Shown here piece after piece: positions 34,998 to 62,696 of a stretch of 64,000 nt of DNA. A model generated the notes under the pieces. That model worked only from the letters and a program-made list of their open reading frames with translations. It had not been told where the DNA came from and did no database searches. Made by a program: the position numbers and the translations under genes. The stretch's first letter is position 1. Every line of letters starts with the position of its first letter. The stretch spans positions 248,001-312,000 of the forward strand of contig CM035355.1 of the NCBI GenBank assembly GCA_020137815.1. The letters are read 5' to 3'. This DNA comes from Hormiphora californensis. Lineage: Eukaryota > Animalia > Ctenophora.

Positions 34998-35537
34998 CCG
35001 CCTCAAAAAGGGTCGTTTCTTTCAAGGGATGTTGCACGCGATCCACTCGACCGATTTGCATCCGGTTTGTCGCAAAAGACTACAAATGATCCTAATATAC
35101 TGGAATATACCCGAGAAGTTTGTCTCGGAAATGGGTCAAAATTGACACTGAAGTCAAACCTATAATCTGGCTTCCGAGAGTTTCTGCACTACGCCCATGC
35201 GATTTAGAAGATATTGGGAGATATGTTGATGCAATTAGCATCAGCTATTAATGCCGGGTATTTTCCAGTACTCAAAAGAGTTCAACCTATCTTCTGATAC
35301 CCTCAGATTCATTCTACACCGTCTGGGAGTGGTGCAAAAAGGCTCGGAAGCCAGATTATAGATTTGACTTCAGTGTCAATTTTGACCCACTTCCTGTTGA
35401 CAGACAAACTTCTCGGGTATTTTCCAGTAAACTTAACTAGGACCAATTTGTAGTCTTTTGCGACAAACCGGATGCAAATCGGTCCAGTGGATCACGTGCA
35501 ATTTGGCTTGAAAGACACGACCCTTTTTTAGGGCGGG
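34998..35537. mobile_element. MITE with ~180-bp imperfect TIRs
   Basis: aaaagggtcg...ccgatttgcatccggtttgtcgcaaaagactacaaat is mirrored at 35445-35527, and tataatctggcttccgag is mirrored at 35343-35360. Confidence 0.75.
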
Positions 35538-36283
35538 ATCAAGTCCATCTCAATTCTCAAGGCTGTCTCAAGCACGTTTCAAGCCCGTCTCGGGCTGTCT
35601 GGCGCCGCGACCCATGGCCATCTGAGCGCACTTTGAGAATCAAATGGGGTATGGCGCCGCCATACAGGTCTCGGGGGGAAAACTCCGTCTTGACGACAGT
35701 GGAACAACTTCAGCTAATCCGAAATTGCCGACATGGTTAGATCTCCGACGCGATTTATTTTCCAAATCGGACCTGAGCGAACATGACCTTTAATTTAAGT
35801 GAGTCACATTGAGCCGGTCATAACTGTCGTTTTAACAAAAAGAAACAAGTTGTATCAGTTTAATTTGGTAAGAATCTCAAAAGAAAACCTCCAACGGTCA
35901 ATTATCAAATTAACGGGGATCACTTGTCTAGTTTGCATCAGACCGGCTCGTTGATTCATGCTCAGAACGGCACCACAATGAGGGTCTGGTGCAAACTAGA
36001 CACATTTCACAATTCTGTCTTGAATCATCCAGTTATTATTCTCACAGTCACTCATTTCTCCTTTCTGACGGTACACAGAGATCCGACTCCAGAGGTCTGT
36101 GTCTTCAATCAAATTCTAACCGCAAAGTACAAACGGCTCTCATCTGTATCGATTCAAACTCACAATTGTGTGTTAAAAAACCCAAACGCCACACAAAACC
36201 TTTCTGTCTCTGATTCATCCGTAATCTCCTGATGTTTATTATGTCCGGGAAAATAATCATTACGTCTCAAAAAGTCACAGTTC

Positions 36284-37614
36284 GGCAGGTGCACAGTTGC
36301 TCGACAGTCTATTTCTGGCTGCTATTTCTGGCTGCTATTTCTGGCTGCAATTTCTGGCTGCTAGACCTATTTCTGGCTGCAAGCAGCCAGAAATAGATTT
36401 AGCAGCCAGAAATAGGGTTTCTCTCACGTGATCTCTCTATCTCTGTATGGGATACGAGAGACGAATCGGTGAAGTGATTCGGTATCTGCAACTAATTGGG
36501 TATGGGATACGGGAGACGAATCGGTGAAATGATTCGGTATCTGCAACTAATTGGGTATGGGATACCGGATACGAGAGGAACCTCTTTTGTTTTACCGGTC
36601 CTCTAGCTCCAAACTTGAAATTCAAGACATCGAATATGTGTTATCACACCCATTGCGTCAAATCACCGATAAACTGATCTCATATCACGCTGTGTAACAT
36701 TTCGGGATAGGATAACCGATAAACAGATCTCTTATCGTGTAACTTTTCATGCCTCGTGTCACAAACAAGGTGGATGGGACCCATTATGACAATCCAAATT
36801 TTTGACGTCAATGCATCGCAATCAATTATGCCTCTGTTACGAAGCCGCCACCGGACAGCTCCTATACCTTCTCTCCCACGAAACGACAAAACCACGAACA
36901 CTCCTTGGTCGGGGACAACATCGAGGAGGAGGCTCGACACTTGCTCCCTCTGTATGGAGGGAAGACACCAGCTTCAGGCCTGCCCTCTGAACAGGCCCAC
37001 ATCTCCGCTCCGGAGCCTGTGGCGTTCCAACCTGTGTGCCTGCCGGGAGGTATCGAGGACCGTAAACCTGGATCCGAATACGCACATCGAGAGGACCATA
37101 GTGGACCAGTTCCTATGCGACCACCATCTTCCTCGCCAACACGTCCAGCAGCAGCGCCCGACTGAGGACTACACCATACTCGATCTGCAACTAATTTGGC
37201 AGGTCCCGTACTCCCGTATCCCATACCCAATTAGTTGCAGATACCGAATCATTTCACCGATTCGTCTCCCGTATCCCATACCAAATTAGTTGCAGATACC
37301 GAATCATTTCACCGATTCGTCTCCCGTATCCCATACCCAATTAGTTGCAGATACCGAATTACTTCACCGATTCACCCATACAGAGATAAAGAGATCACGT
37401 GAGAGAAACCCTATTTCTGGCTGCTAAAATCTATTTCTGGCTGCTAAAATCTATTTCTGGCTGCTAGACCTATTTCTGGGTGCTTGCAGCCAGAAATAGG
37501 TCTAGCAGCCAGAAATAGGTCTAGCAGCCAGAAATAGCAGCCAGAAATAGCAGCCAGAAATAGCAGCCAGAAATAGCAGCCAGAAATAGACTGTCGAGCA
37601 ACTGTGCACCTGCC
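36284..37614. mobile_element. Merlin-like non-autonomous element (GG...CC termini, 8-bp TSD) with cargo
   Basis: ggcaggtgcacagttgctcgacagtc ... gactgtcgagcaactgtgcacctgcc. The TSD cacagttc lies at 36276-36283 and 37615-37622. It has subterminal 14-bp (ctatttctggctg-type) and ~53-bp repeats. Confidence 0.88.
36774..37289 (+). CDS. Cargo ORF with a CX2CX4HX4C zinc knuckle
   Basis: ATG at 36774. CSLCMEGRHQLQAC has exact CCHC spacing. The C-terminus runs into the element's right-arm repeats. Confidence 0.4.
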   Translation: MGPIMTIQIFDVNASQSIMPLLRSRHRTAPIPSLPRNDKTTNTPWSGTTSRRRLDTCSLCMEGRHQLQACPLNRPTSPLRSLWRSNLCACREVSRTVNLDPNTHIERTIVDQFLCDHHLPRQHVQQQRPTEDYTILDLQLIWQVPYSRIPYPISCRYRIISPIRLPYPIPN

Positions 37615-37832
37615 CACAGTTCTCCAGTTCCACTCACACCATATACCGTGACAGGGTCTATTAAGTCGTATACATAATGATTGTTCTACAATTTGAGTAA
37701 CAGTGCCGGTATCAATTAATAAATCATTTCTCAATCTCTCGGGGTAAATAAAAAGCTAAAAACGCCACACTATCATCAATATATGGTGGCTATATATTAT
37801 TCTGTCTCACTCAAACACAAATATTGTTCAGT

Positions 37833-37893
<61 letters not shown>

Positions 37894-38028
37894 TCTCTCT
37901 CTCGCCCGCGGACTCAATCTCAGTGTTCTTTGATCGCACTGTTTTTCTGTTTCAGTCACCCCCTGGGCTAGAAAACTACCAGTATATTTGACGCTGAATC
38001 TTGAATTTCATAGTTCCCCTACCGCAGC

Positions 38029-51632
<13,604 letters not shown>

Positions 51633-51886
51633 CTGAGGGAAACACAAGGGTTAGATCATAGTACAATTCAACAAATCCATCATTTTGATGTCATTCATTA
51701 CTCGCAACCATTAATAAATTCTAGAATCGCAAGACCATCCCTGCACTAGTGGCACCCCCAACCCTTCACCAGTCCTCTGTCCCCGCCCAAAATTTCCAAC
51801 TTTTGGATATCTGCAAACAGTTTTGAATAACAGCAAGAAGCCTCAAGTGTCAAGGCAAGTGAAGACAACGCCTCACAACAATATAC

Positions 51887-52110
51887 CGGGGGCTATGAGA
51901 GAAGCTGTTCGACTGGTACAAATGCAGCACATTTCCTCCTTCTCCAGCCTCCTGAATCTCTCTCTCCTGAATGGGTTCTAACCCAGTCTGATCCGACCAC
52001 CGCCGGGAGAGAAGCAGCCGGGAGAGGAGCACATGGTAATATAGATTGTTTGCGGAGGACAGGGACATGTCCGCGGTGTCTGGGTGAATGGTGGAGGTTC
52101 GAAACAACAT
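51887..52110 (-). CDS. PDE4 candidate alternative first exon (phase 2)
   Basis: MLFRTSTIHPD...RRWSDQTGLEPIQE...SHSP-R|gtatat is in frame with exon 51632. Confidence 0.5.
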
Positions 52111-53361
52111 ATGGAGAAGAGGCAAAGGGAACTAGCAGTATATTATAGGTGCAGTGAATTTAATATTCTTTAAATTTGTCTATAACAGCAGGGGAGCAGT
52201 CCTAATATAGGCAAAGAACCAGAGGGGGTAAACGGAAAGCGAAACCATTTAAAATATCTAATAGTACCCAGGAATAATCAGTCGATAGAGTTATTTTTGA
52301 TCCATTCCTCCAATATAACTAATTCCATAACCAGGCACCTTGGTGATGCAAATTATCAGGCCCATATAAATTATAACGGTAGGGACTCACCACTATAGTA
52401 CTCTTGTCAAAATGAATTCACGAATTATTATATTAAGCTGTCATATAGACGTGTGTTAAAGAAATAAAGGTATACTGACATGTCTTTGACAAAAAATATC
52501 GACCACTGTCACTATCAGTAATTTATTGATTTCAAAGAAAACACAGGAGCTTTCTTCTTCCTTTCTTCCTCCTTCTAGGATGAGGATGAGGAAAAGAAAT
52601 TATCTTATCTGCAGATTCATGATAAAAGGAAATAACAATATATTTTCTGAATATTATTCACGTTGCCGATGAAAGACATGTTCTTTGTCAAAAAAGAAAT
52701 CGATTTCCTCATTTTATAAGCTCACGTTAAGGTCAAAATGAAACAGTGGTGTAAATCAAGTTTCTCTTTGTTCAAACCCCATGGAGAGAGAGGGTCGACT
52801 GTCGAGCAAGTCTATCTTGATTTTTATGACATCACTCTAAAATTTGACAGACACACTACTGTTTACAGTAATTAGTTCTACTAAACTACTTACAAATCAA
52901 CTGATCACGTAATATTGTAATGATACAGTGCTCTTATGTTCGAGCTTATATACCAAGCAGAACTAAGCTACAAGCTGTGCCATTACTATCTCAAACGGTT
53001 AGATGAGTATGTAATTTAACTGGATGCAGTACTACATTAAAGTATGGCTATACAATGTTACATCTAATGAGAGAGAGAAGAACTGGGATCCAGCAGCATC
53101 TAGTTAAGTGCAATCCAATACATGGTACGAATACATTACAGCTCACTGATTACAACTCGTCTGCTACAGCAGCCCTGTGCAGTTAGTGATGTACGGCATA
53201 TAGTAACTCGTGGACAGTCCTGTCTGAATGTCCCACGTTCCTAATCGGAGAGTAATTCCTGAATCCTGCATTTCAACATACATAGGCTATAGCCTAATCT
53301 AATTTGAGTATCATAAAATCGTTTACAGATTCTGCCTTCCCAGTTTCCACTAAATCCCTAC

Positions 53362-53489
53362 CTGGTCTGCTCTCCACTAATGGCATGAAGGACAATGTCC
53401 ATTGCACACAGGGGATCCGTTACGGGTCCAAGTTTAGGGGTGGAAGTGAAGGGCTCCAAGTTGAAACAAGGCTGCTCCTCAAAATACAT
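53362..53489 (-). CDS. PDE4 candidate alternative first exon (phase 2)
   Basis: MYFEEQPCFNLEPFTSTPKLGP...GEQT-R|gtaggg is in frame with exon 51632. Confidence 0.5.
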
Positions 53490-53521
53490 GTTTGAATTAT
53501 ACTGCTGCTGCTGTTGGGAGG

Positions 53522-54108
53522 GGTGTGCGGACTCTAGTGCTACACTCTAAGTCTACAGTGGACTCTATATCTAAATTTAGATTTAGATAAAGAGTCCAAA
53601 TAAGTCTAAACTCTAGGAGGACTCTTTATCTAAAAAGTCTACACAGGGCGGACTCTTTATCTAAAAAGTCTAAACAAAGTGGACTCTATATCTACATAAA
53701 TCTAAATTAGATATAGAGTCCGCCTTTCGCCGCGAACTCGAGATTTCGGCCGTTAGGCCGGAAACGAGAGTTTGCTCTACCCCTATAGTCTATACTAATT
53801 TAGAAGTGTTAGGGCCGTTATTTGGGTTCGAGGTTAGGGTTAGGGTTAGTGTTAGGGTTAGGTTTTGGGTTGGGTTAGGATTTTAGACATAGAGTCCGGG
53901 TTGGAGGATTTGGCGCCAAAATGTACTAGAGGACTCTATATCTAAAAATTCTACACAGGGCGGACTCTTTATCTAAAAAGTCTACACAGGGAGGACTCTT
54001 TATCTAAACTTTTTTCAAAATCTAACTGTAGATAAAGAGTCCGTTTTTAGATATAGAGTCCGCCTTGGATTTAGATAAAGAGTCCGTTAGCACTAGAGTC
54101 CGCCCACC
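53522..54108. mobile_element. MITE with GG...CC termini and a 9-bp TSD (MULE/Merlin-like)
   Basis: ggtgtgcggactctagtgcta ... tagcactagagtccgcccacc. The TSD gttgggagg lies at 53513-53521 and 54109-54117. It contains repeated ggactct(a/t)tatcta motifs and a TTAGGG-like patch at ~53832-53880. Confidence 0.88.
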
Positions 54109-56304
54109 GTTGGGAGGAATATATACAGTGTACTACACACGCAAAGGTTCTACTCATATTGTTGATAAAACTTTAGAGAATGGTATACAGGTGGGAAAAT
54201 GTGTGACAGGAAGTCAAATTTGAAGTTCTCATTGCTCACGAGATGCAGTGTAGTGTCAGCTGGGGTACTCAAAGCACAACAACATGTGTCAGCGGGTGGT
54301 TTTAACTCTCAATTGTAAAAACAATGCTCAAAGAACAACAACAGTTGTAAATGCACTTGTTCAAAAGAATACTGTGACTAAAAAGCTTTTAATATTCATG
54401 GCAAACTAGCGAAATGCTTACAGCTCACCCATTGAGATTCAAGAGCCATACAGTTCTTGAAGAGTCTCGACGCCACAAAATGACTTAGTTGTCCTGACAT
54501 TGCGACTCATGCCAGTTTATATACGGAGCAGTAAACAATACCCAGACAGAAGCTACTATAACACAGAAATCACTCGACATGAAGCTGGCATTGCTCACGT
54601 GTTTTAGTGAGAAATGACTAATTGCGTGCTCAAAGTCACATTTATGTGTCAATGGGCACGTGGTGTTTAGATAAGCCAATTAGATATACAGTTTATTGTC
54701 TACCCTGCACTGTCATATAGTGACCAAATAGCTGTTAATCATTACGCCAGGTGCATTATATCTATATTATATGACAAACGTACAGGTGACTGTGCCCTTA
54801 AATGTCACTATAGTGACGGTTTCGATCACTTTTGTTTATTCGCCTTCAGGATACAAGACAGTGAACTAGTATATATATGCTACTAATTCAATGCTACAAA
54901 CCTACAACTGTTGATGTGTTGGAATCTCGATAGAGCAATTGTTTTTATTGGTCAGAGAAATTAGCCTTAATACATGCATTGTTGTGTGTGTGTGAGAGAA
55001 AGCAAACCAACAAACTCACGAATTAAAAGTGAACTTGTATGGCTCGTTGAGTCGAGAAACTCTGCAGTTAGCGCATAGTAGTACAAATTTCAGGCGTGGA
55101 AATGGTTCAAGGAGGTTTCAGAGAGTTGATCGGAGTGGGGTAGTTGAAAGGTATACTATTGAAGCCCATGGTGGATAGCAGAAAGTTAGTTTGGCCTTTT
55201 GGAAGTTAAAAACACTACGTCATTCATCTTTGGTCCAGATCTAATAATTATTTACCTAGAGCTAGAGGTCAGACTATATAAACGTTATTCATCCCACACA
55301 TTACAAAGCTTATGTTGACTTCGAGAAGGAGAAAGGTTTTTGAATTATCATGTTTTGCAGCTGGTGAGCCCTGGCAGACAAAGGTACCATGACGAGATGA
55401 TGTCATATAGTTGTCAAAAGTTTCGAGTCCAGATACAAGGTCACAATTATATTCTTGTTGACAGAATGACAGATTATAAACACCTGCTGTTCAGAGGTTG
55501 TTCACATATCTGGAAAATTATTAGCTCGGAACATCACACGACTTAGTAGCAAAATAGTCACATGAGAAATTGTGTGTGAGCGAACCAGAGCGAATACCTT
55601 TAAAACCTATAGCTATCCGTGGTGGAGATATATGGCGTATAAGTGTTGAACCTAGTAGCAACAGAAGTACAATAGGTGAGGTAAACCGCATGGCGATGCT
55701 AAACTCATAGCGACATGGGAGAAATAGTACGTTCTAGAACACAATTCTGGTGCATGTTGAACAAGGTGCATGGGAGCAATGAAAACGGTAGAATGAGAAA
55801 AATGAAATGTGAACCTGTTTATCAGCAATCTCTGTGTTAGATAAGATGATCATATGGACCTGTTACGGAAGAGAAAACGTGACGAATACAAACCTAAACA
55901 GATCATAGAATTAGTTTCAAAATGCGGTATAAATCCGCTTAAATATGCCGTATTTAGGAGAGGCGTCCTATCCAGGTTTAATAGGTTAAATTAGTTTTCA
56001 TGAACTATGAGGATAATGTTCATGTTTTATTCCGTTCTGACGACAATTTTCGTCTTCTAAAAGCCAGCAAATTAAACAAATCATGCGGGCGTTGCTGAGA
56101 ACAATAATATAATTGCCCCGTCTAATTTTGGAGACATTTTAATATATACGGAGGTCAGGGACAGTATTTCAAACTTTCATCAACTACAACGTAAAACTAT
56201 TTATTGAGGATGCTTATTGTATTGGGGAAATGAGCCATTCGAATTAAATTCAACTGTGGTGGCAATGCCACAGCCCCAAAAGTCACCGTGTTTTCTTTTA
56301 TAAT

Positions 56305-56937
56305 ATATAGTACATAACTCCCTCCCGCGCGTGCATCTATTCAATAGACGCACTGCAGAGCAGTGCGTCTATTGAGCTGTAATGCACGGGTCCCGAAAGG
56401 GACCCGTGCGTTACAGCCCTGTAAATCCCGAGCGTCAGCGAGGGGTTTACAGGTATATCTGCACGTTAGGGAGGGAGTTGTGTTCTATAGACCCCGCTGG
56501 CGGGCACCTAGAAGCAAAACAAGCACAATTTACGTGATGCTCAAACAGAGAGCTCACACAAAACGGGTCAAACAGTTGGAAATGAAGCTACAGAGTGTCT
56601 CTCTACATTCCTACACACTCGTAGCAATCGTTTTAACAATCAAAAGGGTGGAATGCTGAGAGAGATAACCGTTAATTGTGGGTCAAGAGGAACAGTTGCC
56701 AACAGACTGGCTGGCGCCAAATATATACAGAGAGCGTAGTTGGTTGTACACACACTCCCTCTTGTGTTGTCATGTCATTTTATTGTGTTTCCAGTGATTC
56801 TTTGTGATCTTTACACAAATCTGTCAGAGGGCGTGCGTCTATCGAGACACAAACTCACGGCAGTGCACGGCCCAATAGACCAGTGCAAATTGTTTGAGCG
56901 CGCCGTGCGTCTATTTGAGCCGGCGGGGTCTATATAT
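56305..56937. mobile_element. Hairpin-rich non-autonomous element of uncertain class
   Basis: Bounded by tatatag...ctatata. Internal stem-loops include gcacgggtcccgaaagggacccgtgc and cctgtaaa..cgagcgtcagcgag..tttacagg, and gtgcgtctat is repeated. Confidence 0.45.
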
Positions 56938-58177
56938 CACAGTTTATTTCAGCTACTCAATTAACTTGGCCAACAATACATTAGAATACGGCCCGATATA
57001 TTGAACTTCTAATGAACTGCTGTTAGCGATTCTGTTGCGTGTATATGTGTATCGGATAGAGCTGTTAGGTTGCCACACACACACCTATCTGTTAATTAAC
57101 CTGAAATTGGCCTAATTTAAACCATTTCCGCTGAACTGATCAGAAGATTATTGAGATTTCGCCTTAACGGAAAATGATGAAGCACTCCAACAAAAAGAAT
57201 TCACTGCACGTTTGCAGGGATTGGACGCATTTCAACACCTTTCTGCATGTAAGTTCCAAACTGTACCCAGCACTTACTGAATATATTGTAGAGGAATATG
57301 TCTGGATAACCACGAGGGCGTTGTAATTTAGATCGAAACAATTGTATGGTATCTTTGTAGAAGATAAATTATTGACGAGCTCTTACCTGATATATGTTGA
57401 TTAAAGATCTCCTACCTGATTTCTTGAAGGGAGTCTAGGTGACCCTTTGAGTAATACTCCGTCTGGTCTGAGAATCTCCGTTGAAATGCCCAAAATGCGG
57501 AGCTAGCATCCTCAACCACACACCCTTTTAGCATTATACTGTAAACCCAATTATTAGCAAGATATATGGGTCTGAACAACGAAGGGGAGATATGGACAAT
57601 AGATATTAAAACGGTTTGGTTTCACGTTCCCATCTCTTCTGGTAAAATTAAGGGTGAGAAACATTTATGCATGTGAACAATATAAGAACTAAAAGTGGAA
57701 TAGCAAAAATTATGACGTGTGAAAATTAGCTGAACAAGGCGGGCAGCATTTCTATTTTTATCAAGCTTAGCAAAATTTGCAGGTTTAAAATCACGTTTTT
57801 AAAAGGCCACGTTTTTAACAGACCACGTACAGCATGAATTCTTATGAAGAATTTAGGGCTTTTATCTGATAAGCGGGCAAAGAAGGGAATACAAAACATA
57901 GGGTTGGGTTTGGAAAAGATACTGGATATAATAAGCATGAAAAATAGCGTCACTGTTGCATACGTAAAGCATTCATCCAATAAAAACAATAAGATACTAT
58001 CTGAATTCAGACTCTGAATTCAGACTCTAAAGTCTCAAGTCTATGGCAAAGAAATCACAACCCATGACCGAAAGCAAGCTCGTAGTCGTATGACCTAAGC
58101 AAAATAAACCAGTAAACAAACTCTCCTTCTAGTCTCTCTCTCCCTCTCTCCCTCTCTCTCTCTCTCTTTCTCTTTCC

Positions 58178-58242
<65 letters not shown>

Positions 58243-58257
58243 TCTTTCTCTTTCTCT

Positions 58258-58320
<63 letters not shown>

Positions 58321-61300
58321 TATCCCTATTTACCACGTGTATGCATTAGTGCACGCTCATAGTTTAGTCCATTAGCGATCTCACCATACAATAATTCGGG
58401 CAACTCAATTCCTAGTAAGGGGATATGATACAGATAAGGGCGGTTCCCAAGGCTACATAAAAAGAACATATATAGATAACGAAATATAATAATAATATAA
58501 TATGTTCTCCCAACGCACACAAGCTTATATAACGCTTGTGACTTGCTTTGTGTAGGGAGTTGCACACACACATTGTTATACGTCAGCCAAAACTGAGTTC
58601 CATAGAGGGGGAATTAACGAAGTGTAACACGTGCATAAAGCTATCATATATATCATATATATAAGTATATTGAATATCATATATACAAGTATATTGAATA
58701 GTTCAATATCAAGAAATATTTATATGCATGTATTGACATAACAGCTTGTACTTATATTGAACTAGCGCACCCATTGGGTGCGCCTCAAGTATAAAGGGCC
58801 TTTTGATAACCCACCCGGCTTAGCCGGGTGGTTCTTTTCGCCCCTTTCAACCTCAATAACACGGTTGCCATGGCAACTGACTTGGTCATAAGTCATTCGA
58901 AAATACTAACAAGCTTCCACTGGAAGTTCCAAAAGGGTGAATGACAGCTTTACAGCTTTGGGCATTTAAAGGATTTTATGAAGGAGCACTGTCGCGTAGA
59001 AACGCACTGAACGAACGACCACTTCGACGCGACATCTCCAAATTATAATAGAGATAATGAATTAGACAAACAACTTGAATTAGCGGGATGCATCAAGCAA
59101 TGGTGTCATTCAAACTACAAGATATATCTCATCTTATATTAGCTAGGGGCTCACAAAAATGAGTTCAAATTCAGACAGCGTATACGAACAAACTAGCAAA
59201 AATGAACAGCGAACCCAACGATCTAGAATCAAATTAATCAGTAAGGCGCTCTTTCTGAGAAGGTAAAAGTTGCGTTTTCAGAGAGATTGCAACGCCGGGT
59301 GGCGGTTCCCACGCGGTATGCGAGTATGTTAATGGTATTGTTTTTCACAAACAAAAACAAATTCTGAAGAACATACGTTGGAATTTTGTGAATCTCCGGT
59401 CACATAGCATAATGTATGTCATGGGATATACTTATACTATCAACACATGTTTTAAAAAATAAACAATCAAAAAATGGTAATAAACCAATGTTAATTGACA
59501 AAGCATTCGAGAATAATGTGTTTCACGTCATGATTATTTGTCAGCTGACCCCCCGTTATGGATTCCGATCGGATCAACCTGACAGCTTCAACCAGATCAC
59601 ACCTGTCGAGCTAGATATGATCATGCAGTCTGACTCAGACTCTGAGCAAAGCAATTGTGTCGTATTGGTACCTCAGTACTTGAGCATATCATTTGCCTAG
59701 TGCTATATGGTGTATCAATGAAGTATGTAGTCAAAACATATTATGTATCAATACATAATAATAATATTTAAATTTTGAACTTACCCATAGTTGAGCTTGA
59801 GGTTGTATAAACTGCCATCCAGAAAAGATAGTGAGTCCATAACGTGTGTAGGACGCGGACGAAGTCGGGATGTCGGGATTCTCGCCACGGTTCAAACTAA
59901 AACTTTCGGGGAACTTCAAGATAGGAAACAAATTGTGTGTTCTGATAAGAAAATAAATCAACTTATGATGTCATAGGTTATATATTGTCCGATCTGATGA
60001 CGTGTTTAAGGTGTGTGTGATGACGTAGTAACTAGGCGGCCAGCAGGTATAATACGATGATCGAAACAAGTGGTTCTTCTTCTCGCTGCAGCGAGTTAAT
60101 GATTTATATATATAATGAGAAATAAACAAAACTGATTACTTTTGTATTACTCAATATACTGAAACTATGGATCGTCTAAGGGAGTGTCTGTATGGTGAGT
60201 AGATTGTGCAAAAGGGTGGAGAAAGCTGCAGAAGGTATCGATCATTCTAACAGCTGAAATTACTGGTCAAAGAAATCAATATACTGTTTTAAAGGTAAGA
60301 TTGGAGTGCAGAGTTTTCCTAGCTGGAGTTGTTGACGGTTCAGGACCCCCGGTTACACAAAAAAACTGGGGTACCTAGTACATCAGCTGTAAGAGTGTAA
60401 GCACCATTACAATAGGGCCAGCAATGAATGCATTAAGTAGTAGCACGCCATTCGACACGTATAACGCGGGGTGCTGTTGTATGGTCTGATTTTCAGGAAC
60501 TATGGTATTAGGCATTCAGTGAAAATCTTATAATAGCAAACAATTGGTTTGTGCGTTTAAAAAAAGGTAGAATATCTAAAAAGGAAAGTCCCGAAACTTA
60601 TATAACGGCAAAAGTGGTACGTGTGCTCTATACTTCCGAGGTATTAGTACTTGCCCAGAGCGGAACTGGCTGAATGAAGCCACACAAAACATTCTAAACT
60701 TTCCGAGCAATTGGAAATATATGTATGGTTTATGCAGGGGGTATGAGGGGCAGAAAAATGTCGTGTTTTCAATTTGGCACGTGATGTACGTGTGTATGTA
60801 CGTGGTGGTACTACTACATAGTACTACTAGTAGAAGTAACTCCATTCTACTATAAGAATGGACGATTTAACTTTCGAGTTGCAGGATATTCTTTAGAAAG
60901 ATGCTGTGGGAGCTTGAGGTTAATCAAGTGCTAGTCAGTCGGGATTAAATTAAACCACCTTGCATCTCACAAGATGTTTAATCTACGAATTGGACAAAAC
61001 ATAGTTCTAGCCTCATTTATCTCCCAGAAAATAAATTAATACAACTAAGATTGTCGACGTGATCGCCAGGAGAGTTTGACACGTTATGATCTGTACCATT
61101 TCTTTGTAGGAGTAATTTGTTGTCCCATAAAATGACGTCAATATGATCAGCTAGTGATTGCACCAGCTCATTGGTGTACAGTGCTACTCAACATGTCGTT
61201 GATCCCCGCCCTGATCGCAACAATCATCATATCATGATGGTTATAATAATTGATAACATGATGTCATAAGGCTACTAATTTCCTTCCTTGTCGTTCCAAG

Positions 61301-61766
61301 GCTGATCCAATAGAAAGGGACAAGTCATGACCGTCGTCAGATAATAAAAGATCAAGTCAACTATGTGCAAGAATAGACAAGCGAGGCCTTTATTGAAGGG
61401 ATACTATAAAGTAATATTAACATTTTTATGTTCTATAAAGTAGCTCAGCGTGTCACGCTGTCGATCAGACTGCCCACAAAGCTGTCACTGACCCTTCAAA
61501 TCCCTTCTGGGTAGGCTAGCATAATACTAGATGTAAAGGCAGGCTAGCATACTAGATGTAGTCGAGGTAGGCTAGCATAATATAGATGTAAAGGCGGCGT
61601 CTGTCCAAAGAAGATAACCTCTAACTATCCTGTACCACTTGCATAATTCATGAACCTTATTTGCGGGGCACACAAAGAATACACACAGAAGTAATACTGG
61701 GATCTTGCAGTCTGTGTTGCTAGTGCCACATCTCTCAAACTCCCACTCGAAAATCAAACAACTTAC

Positions 61767-61903
61767 GTGTTTGTTAGACGATGACCAGAGTGGTTGGAAG
61801 GGTTGAGGGGGTCAGGTGCTGAGGGGGCACTGTTGAAAACGTCATCAGGGGTCGCCTGACCGGGTGCACCGACAACGTAGATTTGGGGCCGATACTTGGG
61901 CAT
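61767..61903 (-). CDS. PDE4 candidate alternative first exon (phase 2)
   Basis: MPKYRPQIYVVGAPGQATPDDVFNSAP...RLTN-T|gtaagt is in frame with exon 51632. Confidence 0.55.
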
Positions 61904-62471
61904 GTTACAGCTGTACAGTTGCCTTGATCTTCTGCCAACTTTATTAGAGAGAGAAAGCGGGTCAATTTGGATAGTTAAACTATAACTGAAATGGCAGAAA
62001 CAGATCAATAGTAGTAATGGCAACAGAAATAAATGGGACACGTAGATGGCCCATGTTTCGATACTAATTGTTCATTGGAATGTGCCAACAACTATAGACT
62101 CTGTACACTGCAGAATAATTAACTCTAATTTAGAAGCTGATATCAACTGAGAAAATAGCATTTTCTCAATGGAACAATTCCAATGACGACAGACATGGGA
62201 GTTGCAACATTACAGACCATTCTATCTCTCTCTCTCTCTCTCTCTCTCCCTCTCTCCCTCTGTAAGCAGATGTTTGGCATCATGAAACACTGGGCGAGGG
62301 GTGGACTGAGGACTTATAAAGGGCACTGGGCGAGACTTCCCCACCCACACATGGATGAAGATATGTAAACACGACCAACTCTTTATATATGACACATGGG
62401 TGTGATGAGGTGTGATTCTAAACAATGAGGGCTATTAGAAGATTTAGATAAAAGATACAAGTTTGTTGTTC

Positions 62472-62696
62472 TAAAGTCGGATTTTTTGAAACTGTCACCC
62501 CCTGAAATAACAAAATTTGCCATATCTCCGGTTCCTGATAAGATAGAGACTTGAAATTTGGAGGTTCGGAAGAACTTAGCAAGATCTTCGTAACCTCCAA
62601 ATTTCAAGTCTCTATCTCGTCAGGAACCGGTGTTATGGTCATTTACGAAGTTTGAAAGTACCCAGGGGGGTGACAGTTTCAAAAAATCCGACTTTA
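62472..62696. mobile_element. ~225-bp palindromic MITE
   Basis: taaagtcggattttttgaaactgtcacccc ... ggggtgacagtttcaaaaaatccgacttta, with an inner hairpin ccggttcctgataagatagagactt...aagtctctatctcgtcaggaaccgg. Confidence 0.8.

Noticed and set aside
53832-53880. True telomere or chromosome fusion site
   Set aside because: It is short, degenerate and enclosed within a TSD-flanked MITE.
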